The position numbers and the translations under genes were made by a program. A DNA stretch of 63,898 nucleotides, counting the filler, from Psammoneis japonica (lineage: Eukaryota), in the NCBI GenBank assembly GCA_008632985.1. It is 4 parts of 4 records of this genome, joined end to end, with 100 filler letters (N's around TTAATTAATTAA, not from the genome) between each part and the next. Parts side by side here need not be neighbours in the genome. Positions count along the whole stretch, not along the records: positions 1 to 20,033 come from QPGO01000478.1; 3 more parts are not named here. One strand, given 5' to 3'. The notes under the pieces were generated by a model. It was given only the letters and a program-made list of their open reading frames with translations, was not told where the DNA came from and did not search any database. Positions 1 to 11,555 of the stretch are shown piece after piece. Numbering within the stretch: position 1 is the stretch's first letter; each line of letters opens with the position of its first letter.

Positions 1-3
1 TCA

Positions 4-858
4 TCCATCAGAATTGGCAAGCAATGGGAGCGTCTCAATGTTTGTCAAGAAACAGAACTTTTGCAAGGACACTTCAAATTGGTCAGGAACTTGGAGAATG
101 GGCAAAAAGAGGCGGCAAAAAGGCAAGTTGACAATCTCAGAAACACGGTGTGTTCGGCTGTTGGGCGGAGGCAATGGCCCGCATGTTGGGTGACCAATGT
201 GTGTGACTCGAGAGTTGCGCGCATCTCGCAAGGAGATGACGGTGATGCTTTGTCTGTGCAGGCGTTGTCGCCAAGGAAGAGGGAAAGGAAAAAGAAAAGA
301 AACTCAAGGCGGGCAGTCAAGAGGAAAAGCAAGGCAGGAAAAAGTCAAGCCGTGACAAGAACGAAAAGAAAGACATCCCGATTGTGCCGACATGGGATCC
401 GCTTGGCCCAGACACTGTCGCTGGCAGCAAACGAAGGAACAAGCAGGCACGCAAGTGGTTCTGTGATCACACCCCTGTTTGCAAAAATTGACAAACCAAG
501 GATTGTGCGGCAATGCAATCATGGATTGGCACATGGCAACAAGGTGGAGGCAGAAATGGTGATAGTGGGCACAGCGAAAAATGGCGCACATGCTGATTCT
601 CAACAAGTTGTCGCGACATTGGCACAGCAAACTTGCAACCAGAGGTTGTGCCTTGTCATTGTGCGACAACAATTTTGTTGCCAACATTTTGACCAATTGC
701 CATCATGGCAAATCCCACACATTTTTAACGTTTCGTGCACTCTGATGCGTGTGTTGTGCACAGCATCATCGCACAGCATTTGTCCAACTCTCCCTCTCAT
801 CGCAGGATGGGTTGTTGCCATGTGGTGCATCTGCGCAGCGGACTTGCGAATTTGACCA
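4..858. repeat. ~855-bp dispersed duplication, copy A (copy B at 5781-6634); degenerate, TpA-depleted, family not identified
   Basis: TCCATCAGA(A/G)TTGGCAAGCAATGGG ... GACTTGC(G/A)AATTTGACCA aligns end to end with 5781-6634, with transitions and small indels. Confidence 0.9.
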
Positions 859-1254
859 GGTTTGGCGACATTCGGTTCTGTGCCTTTCAGTGCTGGCGCA
901 ACTGTTCATTCCTCATTCTGAGGTTTCTCATGTGCGCTGCATCCAAACTGGGTGCCTGCATTGGCGGCAGGTTCACCAGGCTCGTCGGAGTCTTTGGTGC
1001 ATCAGCAGGTTGAGCAGCAGGCTCGGCAACAGCCGCTTTCTTTGCAGCGCGAGTTTCGGCATCAACCGACTCAGCTTCCAAGGACACAGCAGCAGCTTTG
1101 CATTTCTTTTTGGCCTTCTTGGCGTCGTGGAGCTTTTGGACTTGCTCTCACTCGGGACCGTCAAGAGCACTCCGGTCGGAGATGCCCTTCAGAAAGTCAG
1201 AGACCTTCTTGGTCTCGGCCACCTGTTTGTTTGTCTGGGTGATTCTCAAAGGAT

Positions 1255-2745
1255 GTGCGTGTCTCTTTGTCATCTGCTGGAAATTCAGATGACGAAGCCA
1301 CCACTGATTTAGACTCGCACGCTGACACGTGTGCTGTTGGGTCCAATTTTGTGATGTGCTCTGACATCGACAGAACTGTCATGGTGCACCCCCACTCCAA
1401 AGAGCACGCGCCAATGGAAAACACTCCTGTTTGCACGGCTGCTGCCGTGTGGGTTGATCCAACTGATGGACAACCGTGCTTGCTGCCAGTCCACGAGGCC
1501 ATGTTTTTTGGGGACAAGATGACCAACACCCTTCTGTGCCCCAACCAACTGCAAGCAAATGGGCTGATTGTCCACGACACCCCTTGCCAGTTTGATCCGA
1601 CTGGCACGCACTCCATTGCTTTCCCTGACTTGAAGATCAGGGTGCCACTGCGAACAAGAGGCATTGCTTCTGTCTTTGATTCACACGAGCCAACAAATGA
1701 GGATCTGGAGAACCTCCCCCGGCTGGAACTCACATCACCCCCGAGATGGGAGCCTTCTGCTGATGCCATGGTGCAAAAGGAGGAAGCGCGCGCATGTGCC
1801 AGTGTGCGCCAAGGATCAGCAAAGTCGGGCGGATGGTCGACGACAATGAATGTGACCAGGTGTGTTGCTTCCATTCACTCACACCAAATGTCCTGTCATG
1901 ACGAGAGCATCATTGTGGACACTGATGACGACAATTCATTGCATCGCCGCATGGTTGCTCAGGTGAAAGTCTCCCACAACAACACCGAGGGAGACGGGCC
2001 ACACGACCGGCATGACCTGGATGTCCACCTGGATTGTGCCGAGCGGAAACGGGTGCATGCACTGTCAACCTTGAGTCGTGCATCAACTGTCACGCCCGAG
2101 ACACTCTCTAAAAGGTGGAACATTGGCCTGACGGCTGCTGAGAACACCATCAGAGTGATGACCCAGGCAGGGGTCCGCAATGTCTGCACACCATCCGAAT
2201 GGAAAGTCCGGAAGAAAGCCCCTTGGCTCAAGTTCCCTGCTGTCAAGGGACGACTCTGCTCTGACCAGATGTTTTCAAAGGTCAAATCGACACATGGCAA
2301 GATGGGAGGAAGCGCACTTGCCAACGGAAGAGGGTGTGACAGGTTCCATCCTTGGAAGAGGAAACAGGACCACCCAGATGCCGTCACGTCATTTGTGCAT
2401 GACGTTGGCACACCGCAGGTCCTTGTGTCGGATGGCGCACCGGAAATGGCGGAAGGCCAGACCAAGGAGATCTGCAAGGAATGCAGGATGCACCAGGAGG
2501 TGTCCACTCCATGCAGGCCCTGGCAGAACCTGGCCGAGGCATCCATTCGTGAGTTGAAGAAAAGAGTCCATGTGACTCTGCACTGGACTGGTGCTCACAG
2601 ACGACTTTGGTCCCACAGTGCCAAATGGACATGTGACATCCGACGCATGATTGCAGCCAGTGTGTCAGACATGGGAGGACGAGTCCCAGAAGAGGAGGTG
2701 ACAGGTTCAACACCCGACATCTCTTCCCTCTCTCTCTTTGATTGG
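1255..2745 (+). mobile_element. Ty1/Copia (diatom CoDi-type) pol fragment: aspartic protease and integrase, decayed
   Basis: The 497-aa ORF has the LDSHADT protease motif, LLCPNQL, LSKRWNIGL and integrase core (SDQMF, LVSDGAPE, PWQNLAEASIRELK, TGSTPDIS). It contains no Tyr and is cut by the satellite at 2746. Confidence 0.88.
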
Positions 2746-3009
2746 TGAAAACAAACATGTCTTTTCAAGGAAAACAAACATGTCGTTTCAAGGGGAAAAA
2801 AATGTCTTTTCAAGGAAAACAAACATGTCGTTTCAAGGAAAACAAACATGTGTTTTCAAGGAAAACAAACATGTCTTTTCAATGAAAACAAACATGTCAT
2901 TTCAAGGAAAACAAATGTGTCATTTCAAAGAAAACAAACACGTTGTTTCAGGGAAAACAAGCGTGTCATTTCAAGGAAAACAAACGTGTCTTTTCAAGGA
3001 AAACAAACA
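2746..3009 (+). repeat. 23-nt tandem satellite, array 1
   Basis: Unit AAGGAAAACAAACATGTC(T/G)TTTC repeated head to tail; translations cycle every 23 aa (three units). Confidence 0.95.
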
Positions 3010-3058
3010 CCCCACCTCAAACCAAGCAAAAGCAGGCATGGAGCAGCGCCGCCAAAAC

Positions 3059-3405
3059 TTGCAGACAGGCTCAAGTCCCGCTCTGGCACTCAGCTCTCAG
3101 CTTGTGCTCCGCACAAAACCCTCAGACAATGCTTGGCTCCAGCTGGCACCCAGAGGACTCAGTTGAAGAAACTCTGACACAAGAGCAACAGCTCTTTTCC
3201 TTTGATCTTGTTGACATGATCATGTGGAACCATGGAGATGCTGCCGTGCACGCCATCTCTCCTTGATGACCTGTGTTCTCCCTGGCTGGACCTTTCTCAC
3301 CAAACAGTTGCTCGCCGCTGAACAGAGAGCAGCGCGGGTCACATTGTCAAATGTGGGCGCAGCTGAAACACAAATTGGCTCATCTTGTGTGGCCCGCAAG
3401 GCTTG
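3059..3405 (+). mobile_element. Non-LTR retrotransposon (LINE) fragment, inverted copy of ~17607-17936
   Basis: GCAGACAGGCTCAAGTCCCGCTCTGGC...GGCCCGCAAG matches the reverse complement of the post-RT region of the LINE at 17.0-19.3 kb. Confidence 0.75.
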
Positions 3406-3868
3406 AGACCAAAAAAAAACCAAACCCCAATTTTAAGTGCCATTGCACCTTTGCCCAGCAACACCGGCGCCGGCCAACCCACACTTCCAGTGCACCCTGC
3501 GGAGGATGCGGCAGAAATGTGGTGCAGTTGGCCAGTTTCGGCGCCCCCATCAGAGGGCGCCCGGCGGAGACAGCTGCAAATGGCGCGAGCCCGCTTTTTG
3601 CCAGTCGTTTGGCTTCTTTCAGGCTGTCTTTTAGTCTTGGACGGACCACAGAGATCCAGCTTTGGATCCTCGTTGTTGAAAATGACAGTTGTTCTTCGAC
3701 CGAATCCAGCAATGCACCTCTGTCCTTTGCCAAGCATTCTTGTCGTTTGTTGCATGTCGCCATCAGTTTGGCTTCCGCCTTCCTCTGTTGAGATGATTTC
3801 CAAGAATCAACATCATGCCCGTGAACCAACTTGTTGTGCTCTTCCCAAAGTTCCCACCAGCACCTCTG

Positions 3869-5345
3869 CCATGTTTGTTTTCCTTGAAACGACATGTTTG
3901 TTTTCATTGAAAAGACATGTTTGATTTCCTTGAAACGACATGTTTGTTTTCCTTGAAACCACATGTTTGTTTTCCTTGAAAAGACACATTTGTTTTCCTT
4001 GAAACAACATGTTTGTTTTCCTTGAAATGGCGTGTTTGTTTTCCTTGAAACGACATGTTTGTTTTCCTTGAAAACACACATTTGTTTTCCTTGAAACAAC
4101 ATGATTGTTTTCCTTGAAATGGCATGTTTGTTTTCTTTGAAACGACATGTTTATTTTCCTTGAAACGACATGTTTGTTTTCATTGAAAAGACATGTTTGA
4201 TTTCCTTGAAACGACATGTTTGTTTTCCTTGAAACGACATGTTTGTTTTCCTTGAAAAGACACATTTGTTTTCCTTGAAACAACATGTTTGTTTTCCTTG
4301 AAATGGCATGTTTGTTTTCCTTGGCATGTTTGTTTTCTTTGAAACGACGTGTTTATTTCCTTGAAACGACATGTTTGTTTTCATTGAAAAGACATGTTTG
4401 ATTTCCTTGAAACGACATGTTTGTTTTCCTTGAAACAACATGTTTGTTTTCCTTGAAAAGACACACTTGTTTTCCTTGAAACAACATGTTTGTTTTCCTT
4501 GAAACGACATGTTTTTTTTACCTTGAAAAGACACATTTCTTTTCCTTGAAACAACATGTTTGTTTTCTCTGAAATGGCATGTTTGTTTTCCTTGAAACGA
4601 CATGTTTGTTTTCCTTGAAACCACATGTTTGTTTTCCTTGAAATGACACGTTTGTTTTCCTTGAAACGACATGTTTGTTTTCATTGAAAAGACATGTTTG
4701 TTTTCTTTGAAACAAAATGTTTGTTTTCCTTGAAAAGACATGTTTGTTTTCCTTGAAAAGACATGTTTGTTTTCTTTGAAACCACATGTTTGTTTTCCTT
4801 GAAACGACATGTTTGTTTCATTGAAAAGACATGTTTGATTTCCTTGAAACGACATGTTTGTTTTCCTTGAAACGACATGTTTGTTTTCCTTGAAAAGACA
4901 CATTTGTTTTCCTTGAAACAACATGTTTGTTTTCCTTGAAACGACATGTTTGTTTTCCTTGAAAAGACACATTTGTTTTCCTTGAAACAACATGTTTGTT
5001 TTCCGTGAAATGGCGCGTTTGTTTTCCTTGAAATGACATGTTTGTTTTCCTTGAAAACACACAATTGTTTTCCTTGAAACAACATGATTGTTTTCCTTGA
5101 AATGGCACGTTTGTTTTCTTTGAAACGACGTGTTTGTTTTCATTGAAACGACATGTTTGTTTTCCTTGAAAAGACATGTTTGTTTTCCTTGAAACCACAT
5201 GTTTGTTTTCCTTGAAACCACATGTTTGTTTTCCTTGAAATGACACGTTTGTTTTCCTTGAAACGACATGTTTGTTTTCATTTGTTTTCCTTGAATTGAC
5301 ATTTTTTTTTGAAATGACACGTTTGTCTTTCTTAAAACAACATGA
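3869..5345 (-). repeat. 23-nt tandem satellite, array 2 (reverse orientation)
   Basis: Tandem CATGTTTGTTTTCCTTGAAA(CGA/AGA/CCA/TGA) units. Confidence 0.95.
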
Positions 5346-5350
5346 GTTTG

Positions 5351-5607
5351 CCTTGAATTCTGCGCAAGAACGCACTGACGGAAGCAAACCAACATGATTC
5401 CATGTGCAGGAGAACAGCATCTGCACCCCACAAGAAGCTCACGCCTGTCCCCAAGTTCAGTTGGATCCATGAGACTGCAATGTGCAGCAATTTGTGGGGT
5501 TGATCCTCTCCCAGATGAAAATGTGTGACACCTCTGGAGTGCTTGAGCAGCACCCGCAATTGAGCAACTCCTTTTTTGGTGTCTGGCGGTCAAAACCTGC
5601 CACCGCC
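5351..5607 (-). mobile_element. LINE fragment, direct copy of ~17350-17606
   Basis: CCTTGAATTCTG(C/T)GCAAGA...AACATGATTCCATGTGC...CCCAAGTTCAG aligns with 17350 onward; both translate on the minus strand to LHLGEDQPHKLLHIAVS. Confidence 0.8.
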
Positions 5608-5780
5608 AATCCAGCACCACCGGCAAAGAAGAGAAAGAAAAATGAGACTGTTGAGCCAATGAGCCTGAGACTTCAGGCAGTGTTGAAGAGAATGGGCACG
5701 CAGGCAGCGCATGGTGCGCTGAAACCAGAAGTGGAGAAGGTGGCTGGAAATGATCTCTTTTCACAGGTGAAGTTTCTCAG

Positions 5781-6634
5781 TCCATCAGAGTTGGCAAGCA
5801 ATGGGGAGCATCTCAATGTTTGTCAAGAAACAGATTGCTGGTGGCAACATGGACACTTCAAATTGGTCAGGAACTTGAGAGGAATGGGCAAAAAAGGCGG
5901 CAAAAAGGCAAGTTGACAATCTCAGAAACACGGTGTGCTCGGCTGTTGGGGCGGAGGCAATGGCCCGCAAGTTGGGTGACCAATGTGTGTGACTCAAGAG
6001 TTGCGCGCATCTCACAAGAAGATGACGGTGATGCTTTGTCTGTGCAGGCGTTGTCACCAAGGAAGAGGGAAAGGAAAAAGAAAAGAAACTCAAGGCGGCA
6101 GTCAAGAGGAAAAAGCAAGGCAGGAAAAAGTCAAGCCATGACAAGAATGAAAAGAAAGACATCCCGATTGTGCCGACATGGGATCTGCTTGGCCCAGACA
6201 CTGTCGCCGGCAGCAAATGAAGGAACAAGCAGGCGTGCAAGTGGTTCTGTGATCACACCCCTGTTTGCAAAAATTGACAAACCAAGGATTGTGTTTCAAT
6301 GCAATCATGGATTGGCACATGGCAACAAGGTGGAGGCAGAAATGGCGATGTGGGCACAGTGAAAAATGGCGCACATGATTCTCAACAAGTTGTCGTGACA
6401 TTGGCACAGCAAACTTGCAACCAGAGGTTGGCCTGTCATTGTGCGACAACAATTTTTTGCAACATTTTGACAAATTGTCATCATGCAAATCCACACATTT
6501 TTAACATTTCGTGCACTCTGATGCGTGTGTTGTGCACAGCATCATCACACAGCATTTGTCCAACTCTCCCTCTCATCGCAGGATGGGTTGTCGCCATGTG
6601 GCGCATCTGCACAGCGGACTTGCAAATTTGACCA
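5781..6634. repeat. ~855-bp dispersed duplication, copy B
   Basis: Aligns with 4-858. Confidence 0.9.
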
Positions 6635-6865
6635 TGCACTCCCTCTGTCAGGCAGGATGGGTTGGTGCCATGTGGCGCATCCGGCCAAGGGAGGAGTGGG
6701 TTCGAAGCCCAGCCGCCCACCCCGGATGGGGTTGGAAAGGGGCAGGCCAAGAAAGAAAAGGAGGCTTCAATTTGAGGCCAATTCAAGCCAGCAACCTCAG
6801 GAAGCGCAGCACACATTCAGGCATGTGTTGTGAACAGCATCGTCGCACAGCATTTGTCCAACTGA

Positions 6866-8885
6866 ACATGACAGTTTTCCTTGAAAAGACATGTTTGTTT
6901 TCCTTGAAAAGACATGTTTGTTTTCCTTGAAACCACATGTTTGTTTTCCTTGAAGCCACATGTTTGTTTTCCTTGAAATGACACGTTTGTTTTCCTTGAA
7001 AAGACACGCTTGTTTTCCTTGAAACAACATGTTTCTTTTCCTTGAAAAGACATGTTTGTTTTCCTTGAAAAGACATGTTTGTTTTCCTTGAAACCACATG
7101 TTTGTTTTCCCTGAACATGTTTGTTTTCCTTAGAAACACACATTTGTTTTCCTTGAGACGACATGTTTGTTTTCCTTGAGACAACATGTTTGTTTTCCTT
7201 GAAAAGACATGTTTGTTTTCCTTGAAATGACATGTTTGTTTTCCCTGAAACGACATGTTTGTTTTCCTTGAAACCACATGTTTGTTTTCCTTGAAAACAC
7301 ATGTTTGTTTTCCTTAAAACGACATGTTTGTTTTCCTTGAAAAGACATGTTTGTTTTCCTTGAAACCACATGTTTGTTTTCCTTGAAACCACATGTTTGT
7401 TTTCCTTGAAAAGACATGTTTGTTTTCTTTGAAACTGCATGTTTGTTTTTCTTGAAAAGACATGTTTGTTTTTTTTTGAAAAAACATGTTTCTTTTCTGT
7501 GAAACCACATGTTTGTTTTCCCTGAAATGACACGTTTGTTTTCCTTGAAAGGACACGTTTGATTTTCTTGAAAAGACATGTTCGTTTTCCTTGAAAAGAC
7601 ATGCTTGTTTTCCGTGAAATGACATGTTTGTTTTCCTTGAACCACATGTTTGTTTTTCTTGAAAACACATGTTTGTTTTCCTTGAAACGACATGTTTGTT
7701 TTCCTTCAAATGACATGTTTGCTTTCCTTGAAAAGACACCTTTGTTTTCCTTGAAAACACATGTTTCTTTTCCTTGAAACCACGTGTTTGTTTTCCTTGA
7801 AAAGACATGTTTGTTTTCCTTGAAATGACACGTTTGTTTTCCATGAAACAATGTGTTTGTTTTCCTTGAAACAACACGTTTGTTTTCCTTGAAAACACAT
7901 GCTTGTTTTCCTTAAAACGACATGTTTGTTTTCCTTGAAAAAACATGTTTGTTTTCCTTGAAACAACACGTTTGTTTTCCATGAAACGACATGTTTGTTT
8001 TCTTTGAATCCACGTGTTGGTTTTCCTTGAAACGACATGTTTGTTTTCCTTGAAATGACATGTTTGTTTTCATTGAAAAGACATGCTTGTTTTCCTTGAA
8101 AAGACACACTTGTTTTCTTTGAAACGAAACGTTTGTTTTCCTTGAAACGGCATGTTTGTTTTCCTTCAAAAGACATGTTTGTTTTCAAGACATGTTTGTT
8201 TAAAACAAACATGTCTTTTTAATGGCATGTCAGTTTTCCTTGAAACGACATGTTTGTTTTCCTTGAAACCACATGTTTGTTTTCCTTGAAATGACGTGTT
8301 TGTTTTCCTTGAAACGACATGTTTGTTTTCATTGAAAAGACATGTTTGTTTTCATTGAAACGAAATGTTTGTTTTCCTTGAAAAGACATGTTTGTTTTCT
8401 TTGAAACCACATGTTTGTTTTCCTTGAAACGACATGTTTGTTTTCATTGAAAAGACATGTTTGATTTCCTTGAAACGACATGTTTGTTTTCCTTGAAACG
8501 ACATGTTTGTTTTCCTTGAAAAGACACATTTGTTTTCCTTGAAACAACATGTTTGTTTTCCTTGAAACGACATGTTTGTTTTCCTTGAAAAGACACATTT
8601 GTTTTCCTTGAAACAGCATGTTTGTTTTCCTTGAAATGGCGCATTTGTTTTCCTTGAAACAACATGTTTGTTTTTCTTGAAAACACACAATTGTTTTCCC
8701 TGAAACAACATGATTGTTTTCCTTGAAATGGCGCGTTTGTTTTCTTTGAAACGACGTGTTTGTTTTCCTTGAAACGACATGTTTGTTTTTCTTGAAAAGA
8801 CATGTTTGTTTTCCTTGAAACCACATGTTTGTTTTCCTTAAAATGACGCGTTTGTTTTCCTTGAAACGACATGCTTTTTTCCTTG
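6866..8885 (-). repeat. 23-nt tandem satellite, array 3, with a local inversion palindrome at 8187-8217
   Basis: Same unit; AAGACATGTTTGTTT-A-AAACAAACATGTCTT forms 15-bp perfect inverted arms. Confidence 0.95.
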
Positions 8886-9064
8886 GAAGAGGAAACAGGA
8901 CCACCCAGATGCCGTCATGTCATTTGTGCATGACGTTGGCGCACCGCAGGTCCTTGTGTCGGATGGCGCACCGGAAATGGCGGAAGGCCAGACCAAGGAG
9001 ATCTGCAGGGAATGCAGGATGCACCAGGAGGTGTCCACCCCATGCAGCCCCTGGCAGAACCTGG
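8882..9064 (+). mobile_element. Short duplicate of the Copia integrase segment embedded in satellite
   Basis: CCTTGGAAGAGGAAACAGGACCACCCAGATGCC...TGGCAGAACCTGG is nearly identical to 2350-2533 and 9937-10120. Confidence 0.9.
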
Positions 9065-9846
9065 CATGTTTGTTTTCCTTGAAACCACATGTTTGTTTTC
9101 CTTAAAATGACGCGTTTGTTTTCCTTGAAACGACATGTTTGTTTTCATTAAAAAGACATGTTTGTTTTCTTTGAAACGAAATGTTTGTTTTCCTTGAAAA
9201 GACATGTTTGTTTTCCTAGAAAAGACATGTTTGTTTTCTTTGAAACGACATGTTTGTTTTCCTTGAAACGACATGTTTGTTTTCATTGAAAAGACATGTT
9301 TGATTGCCTTGAAACGACATGTTTGTTTTCCTTGAAACAACATGTTTGTTTTCCTTGAAAAGACATGTTTGTTTTCATTGAAAAGACATGTTTGATTTCC
9401 TTGAAACGACATAAAGACATGTTTGTTTTCTTTGAAACAAAATGTTTGTTTTCCTTGAAAAGACATGTTTGTTTTCTTTGAAACGACATGTTTGTTTTCC
9501 TTGAAACGACATGTTTGTTTTCTCTGAAACCACATGTTTGTTTTCCCTGAAACAACACATTTGTTTTCCTTGAAAAGAAACGTTTGTTTTCCATGAAAAG
9601 ACGTGTTTGTTTTCCTTGAAAAGACATGCTTGTTTTCTTTGAAACCACACATTTGTTTTCCTTGAAACGACATGTTTGTTTTCATTGAAAAGACATGTTT
9701 GATTTCCTTGAAACGACATGTTTGTTTTCCTTGAAACAACATGTTTGTTTTCCTTGAAATGACATGTTTGTTTTCCTTGAAACCACATGTTTGTTTTCCT
9801 TAAAATGACGTGTTTGTTTTCCTTGAAACGACATGTTTTTTTCCTT
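9064..9846 (-). repeat. 23-nt tandem satellite, array 4
   Basis: Same unit, reverse orientation. Confidence 0.95.
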
Positions 9847-11555
9847 GGAAGAGGAGACAGGACCACCCAGATGCCGTCATGTCATTTGTGGGAGGAAGCG
9901 CACTTGCCAACGGAAGAGGGTGTGACAGGTTCCATCCTTGGAAGAGGAAACAGGACCACCCAGATGCCGTCATGTCATTTGTGCATGACGTTGGCGCACC
10001 GCAGGTCCTTGTGTCAGATGGCGTGCTGGAAATGGCGGAAGGCCAGTCCAAGGAGATCTGCAGGGAATGCAGGATGCACCAGGAGGTGTCCACCCAATGC
10101 AGCCCCTGGCAGAACCTGGCCGAGGCATCCATTTGTGAGTTGAAGAAAAGAGTCCGTGTGACTCTGCGCCGGACTGGCGCTCACAGACGACTTTGGTCCC
10201 ACAGCGCCAAATGGACATGTGACATCCGACGCATGATTGCAGCCTGTGTGTCAGACGTGGGAGGACGAGTCCCAGAAGAGGAGGTGACAGGTTCAACACC
10301 CGACATCTCTTCCCTCTCTCTCTTTGATTGGCGTCAACCTGTGCATTGCTGCGTGCCTGTGGTGGAGTTCCCACACGAAAAAAAGTGCGTTGGCCATTGG
10401 CTTGGCGCAGCAGACAACTGCACTGATGAAATGGCATTCATTGTTTTGCCCGAATCAGGCAAACCCATCATTCGGAAGGATGTGTGGGCCATGCCGGAGG
10501 ATGACCTTAAAACTCCGGTGATCCAGACGGATCTTGCATCGGTCGACCAAGCTTTGATCAAACGGCTCAGCACCCCGGAAAAGGGCGCCAGCGCTGACTT
10601 CCCTGAACTCCCTGATGACTTCATGGACGAATGGGACGATGCCGTTGAACCTGTGGAACCCGACGCTTCCAAACCGGAAGCTGATGAGCACACCCTGGAA
10701 GGGCTGGATGAATGTCTCACAGCTCAAGTCATGTCACCACGAGGAGGCGAGCTGACTCATGCTGGGGTCATTGCACACAAGTGAGAATGGTGACGGGGTT
10801 CCTGTTGGCACTGGGAACGACTTGAGGACATGCAACGTGGAATTCCCTGATGGATCCACCGACTCCCATGCTGCTGACACAATTGCAGAGAACCCATTCA
10901 CTCAGATCAACTCTGAAGGGAATGCCCGCCAGATCATGAAGGAAACAGTCGATCACTGACGTGATGCCCGTTGCAGTGTGCATGCAGACAAAAGGTTGTT
11001 TTTGTCACAACCTTTGTGACATTTAAATTGCAACACGTCGCCGTGATGCATTGGCTCTTGTCAGCAGCTGCGCACTGCACTTCTCCCCATGTGTCGCGCG
11101 TCCATGCGGCACTTGGCTGACGTGCACTGACACTGCACGGTTTTGGCGGAACAGTGTGGGTGCGTGCGAAGGAACACACAGAACTGCACAGAGTTTTGCG
11201 CGCTCGACAGTGATCAACGTTGCTGCGGACAACTCCCGCTCAGAGTTTCGAACCCCTGGCCTCCTGCCCAATGGTTGCGATGAACCACTCCGCCAAAAAT
11301 TCATGATGCAGCATGCATGCAGACAAAAGGTTGTTTTTGTCACGACCTTTGTGACATTTAAATTGCAGCACGTTGCCGTGATGCATCAACTCTCATTGGC
11401 AGCTGCACATTGCACCGTGCTGCAACGGCCAATGACGGGTGCACAACGACCAAGACTGGCAGGCGCGCTCCTGGGAGGACGACTGCAGGCTGGGACCTGC
11501 GAGTCGAATGGAAGGATGGGGCTGCATCCTGGGTTCCTCTTAAGGATTTGAAGTC
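9843..11555 (+). mobile_element. Second copy of the Copia integrase region, extending to a chromo-like segment; interrupted by a TRIM
   Basis: 9888-10330 duplicates ~2305-2745, then continues GHWLGAADNC...IIRKDV...AADTIAENPFTQINSEG...ETVDH and, after the insert, RTTAGWDLRVEWKDGAASWVPLKDLK. Confidence 0.85.
10972..11414 (-). mobile_element. TRIM-like non-autonomous LTR element (443 bp): two 108-bp LTRs (10972-11079, 11307-11414), 4-bp target-site duplication CCGT
   Basis: Direct repeats with TG...CA ends; CCGT at 10968-10971 and 11415-11418; removing the element restores the host frame GAT GCC CGT GCT; minus-strand polypurine tract ATGGGGAGAAG (11090-11080) abuts the left LTR; weak PBS candidate TGGCGGAGTGG (11295-11285). 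Confidence 0.85.

Noticed and set aside
1255..11555. ADAR-like editing of retroelement RNA as the cause of A->G changes
   Set aside because: Changes occur on both strands, differ between twin LTRs, and also affect a satellite and a probable DNA transposon.
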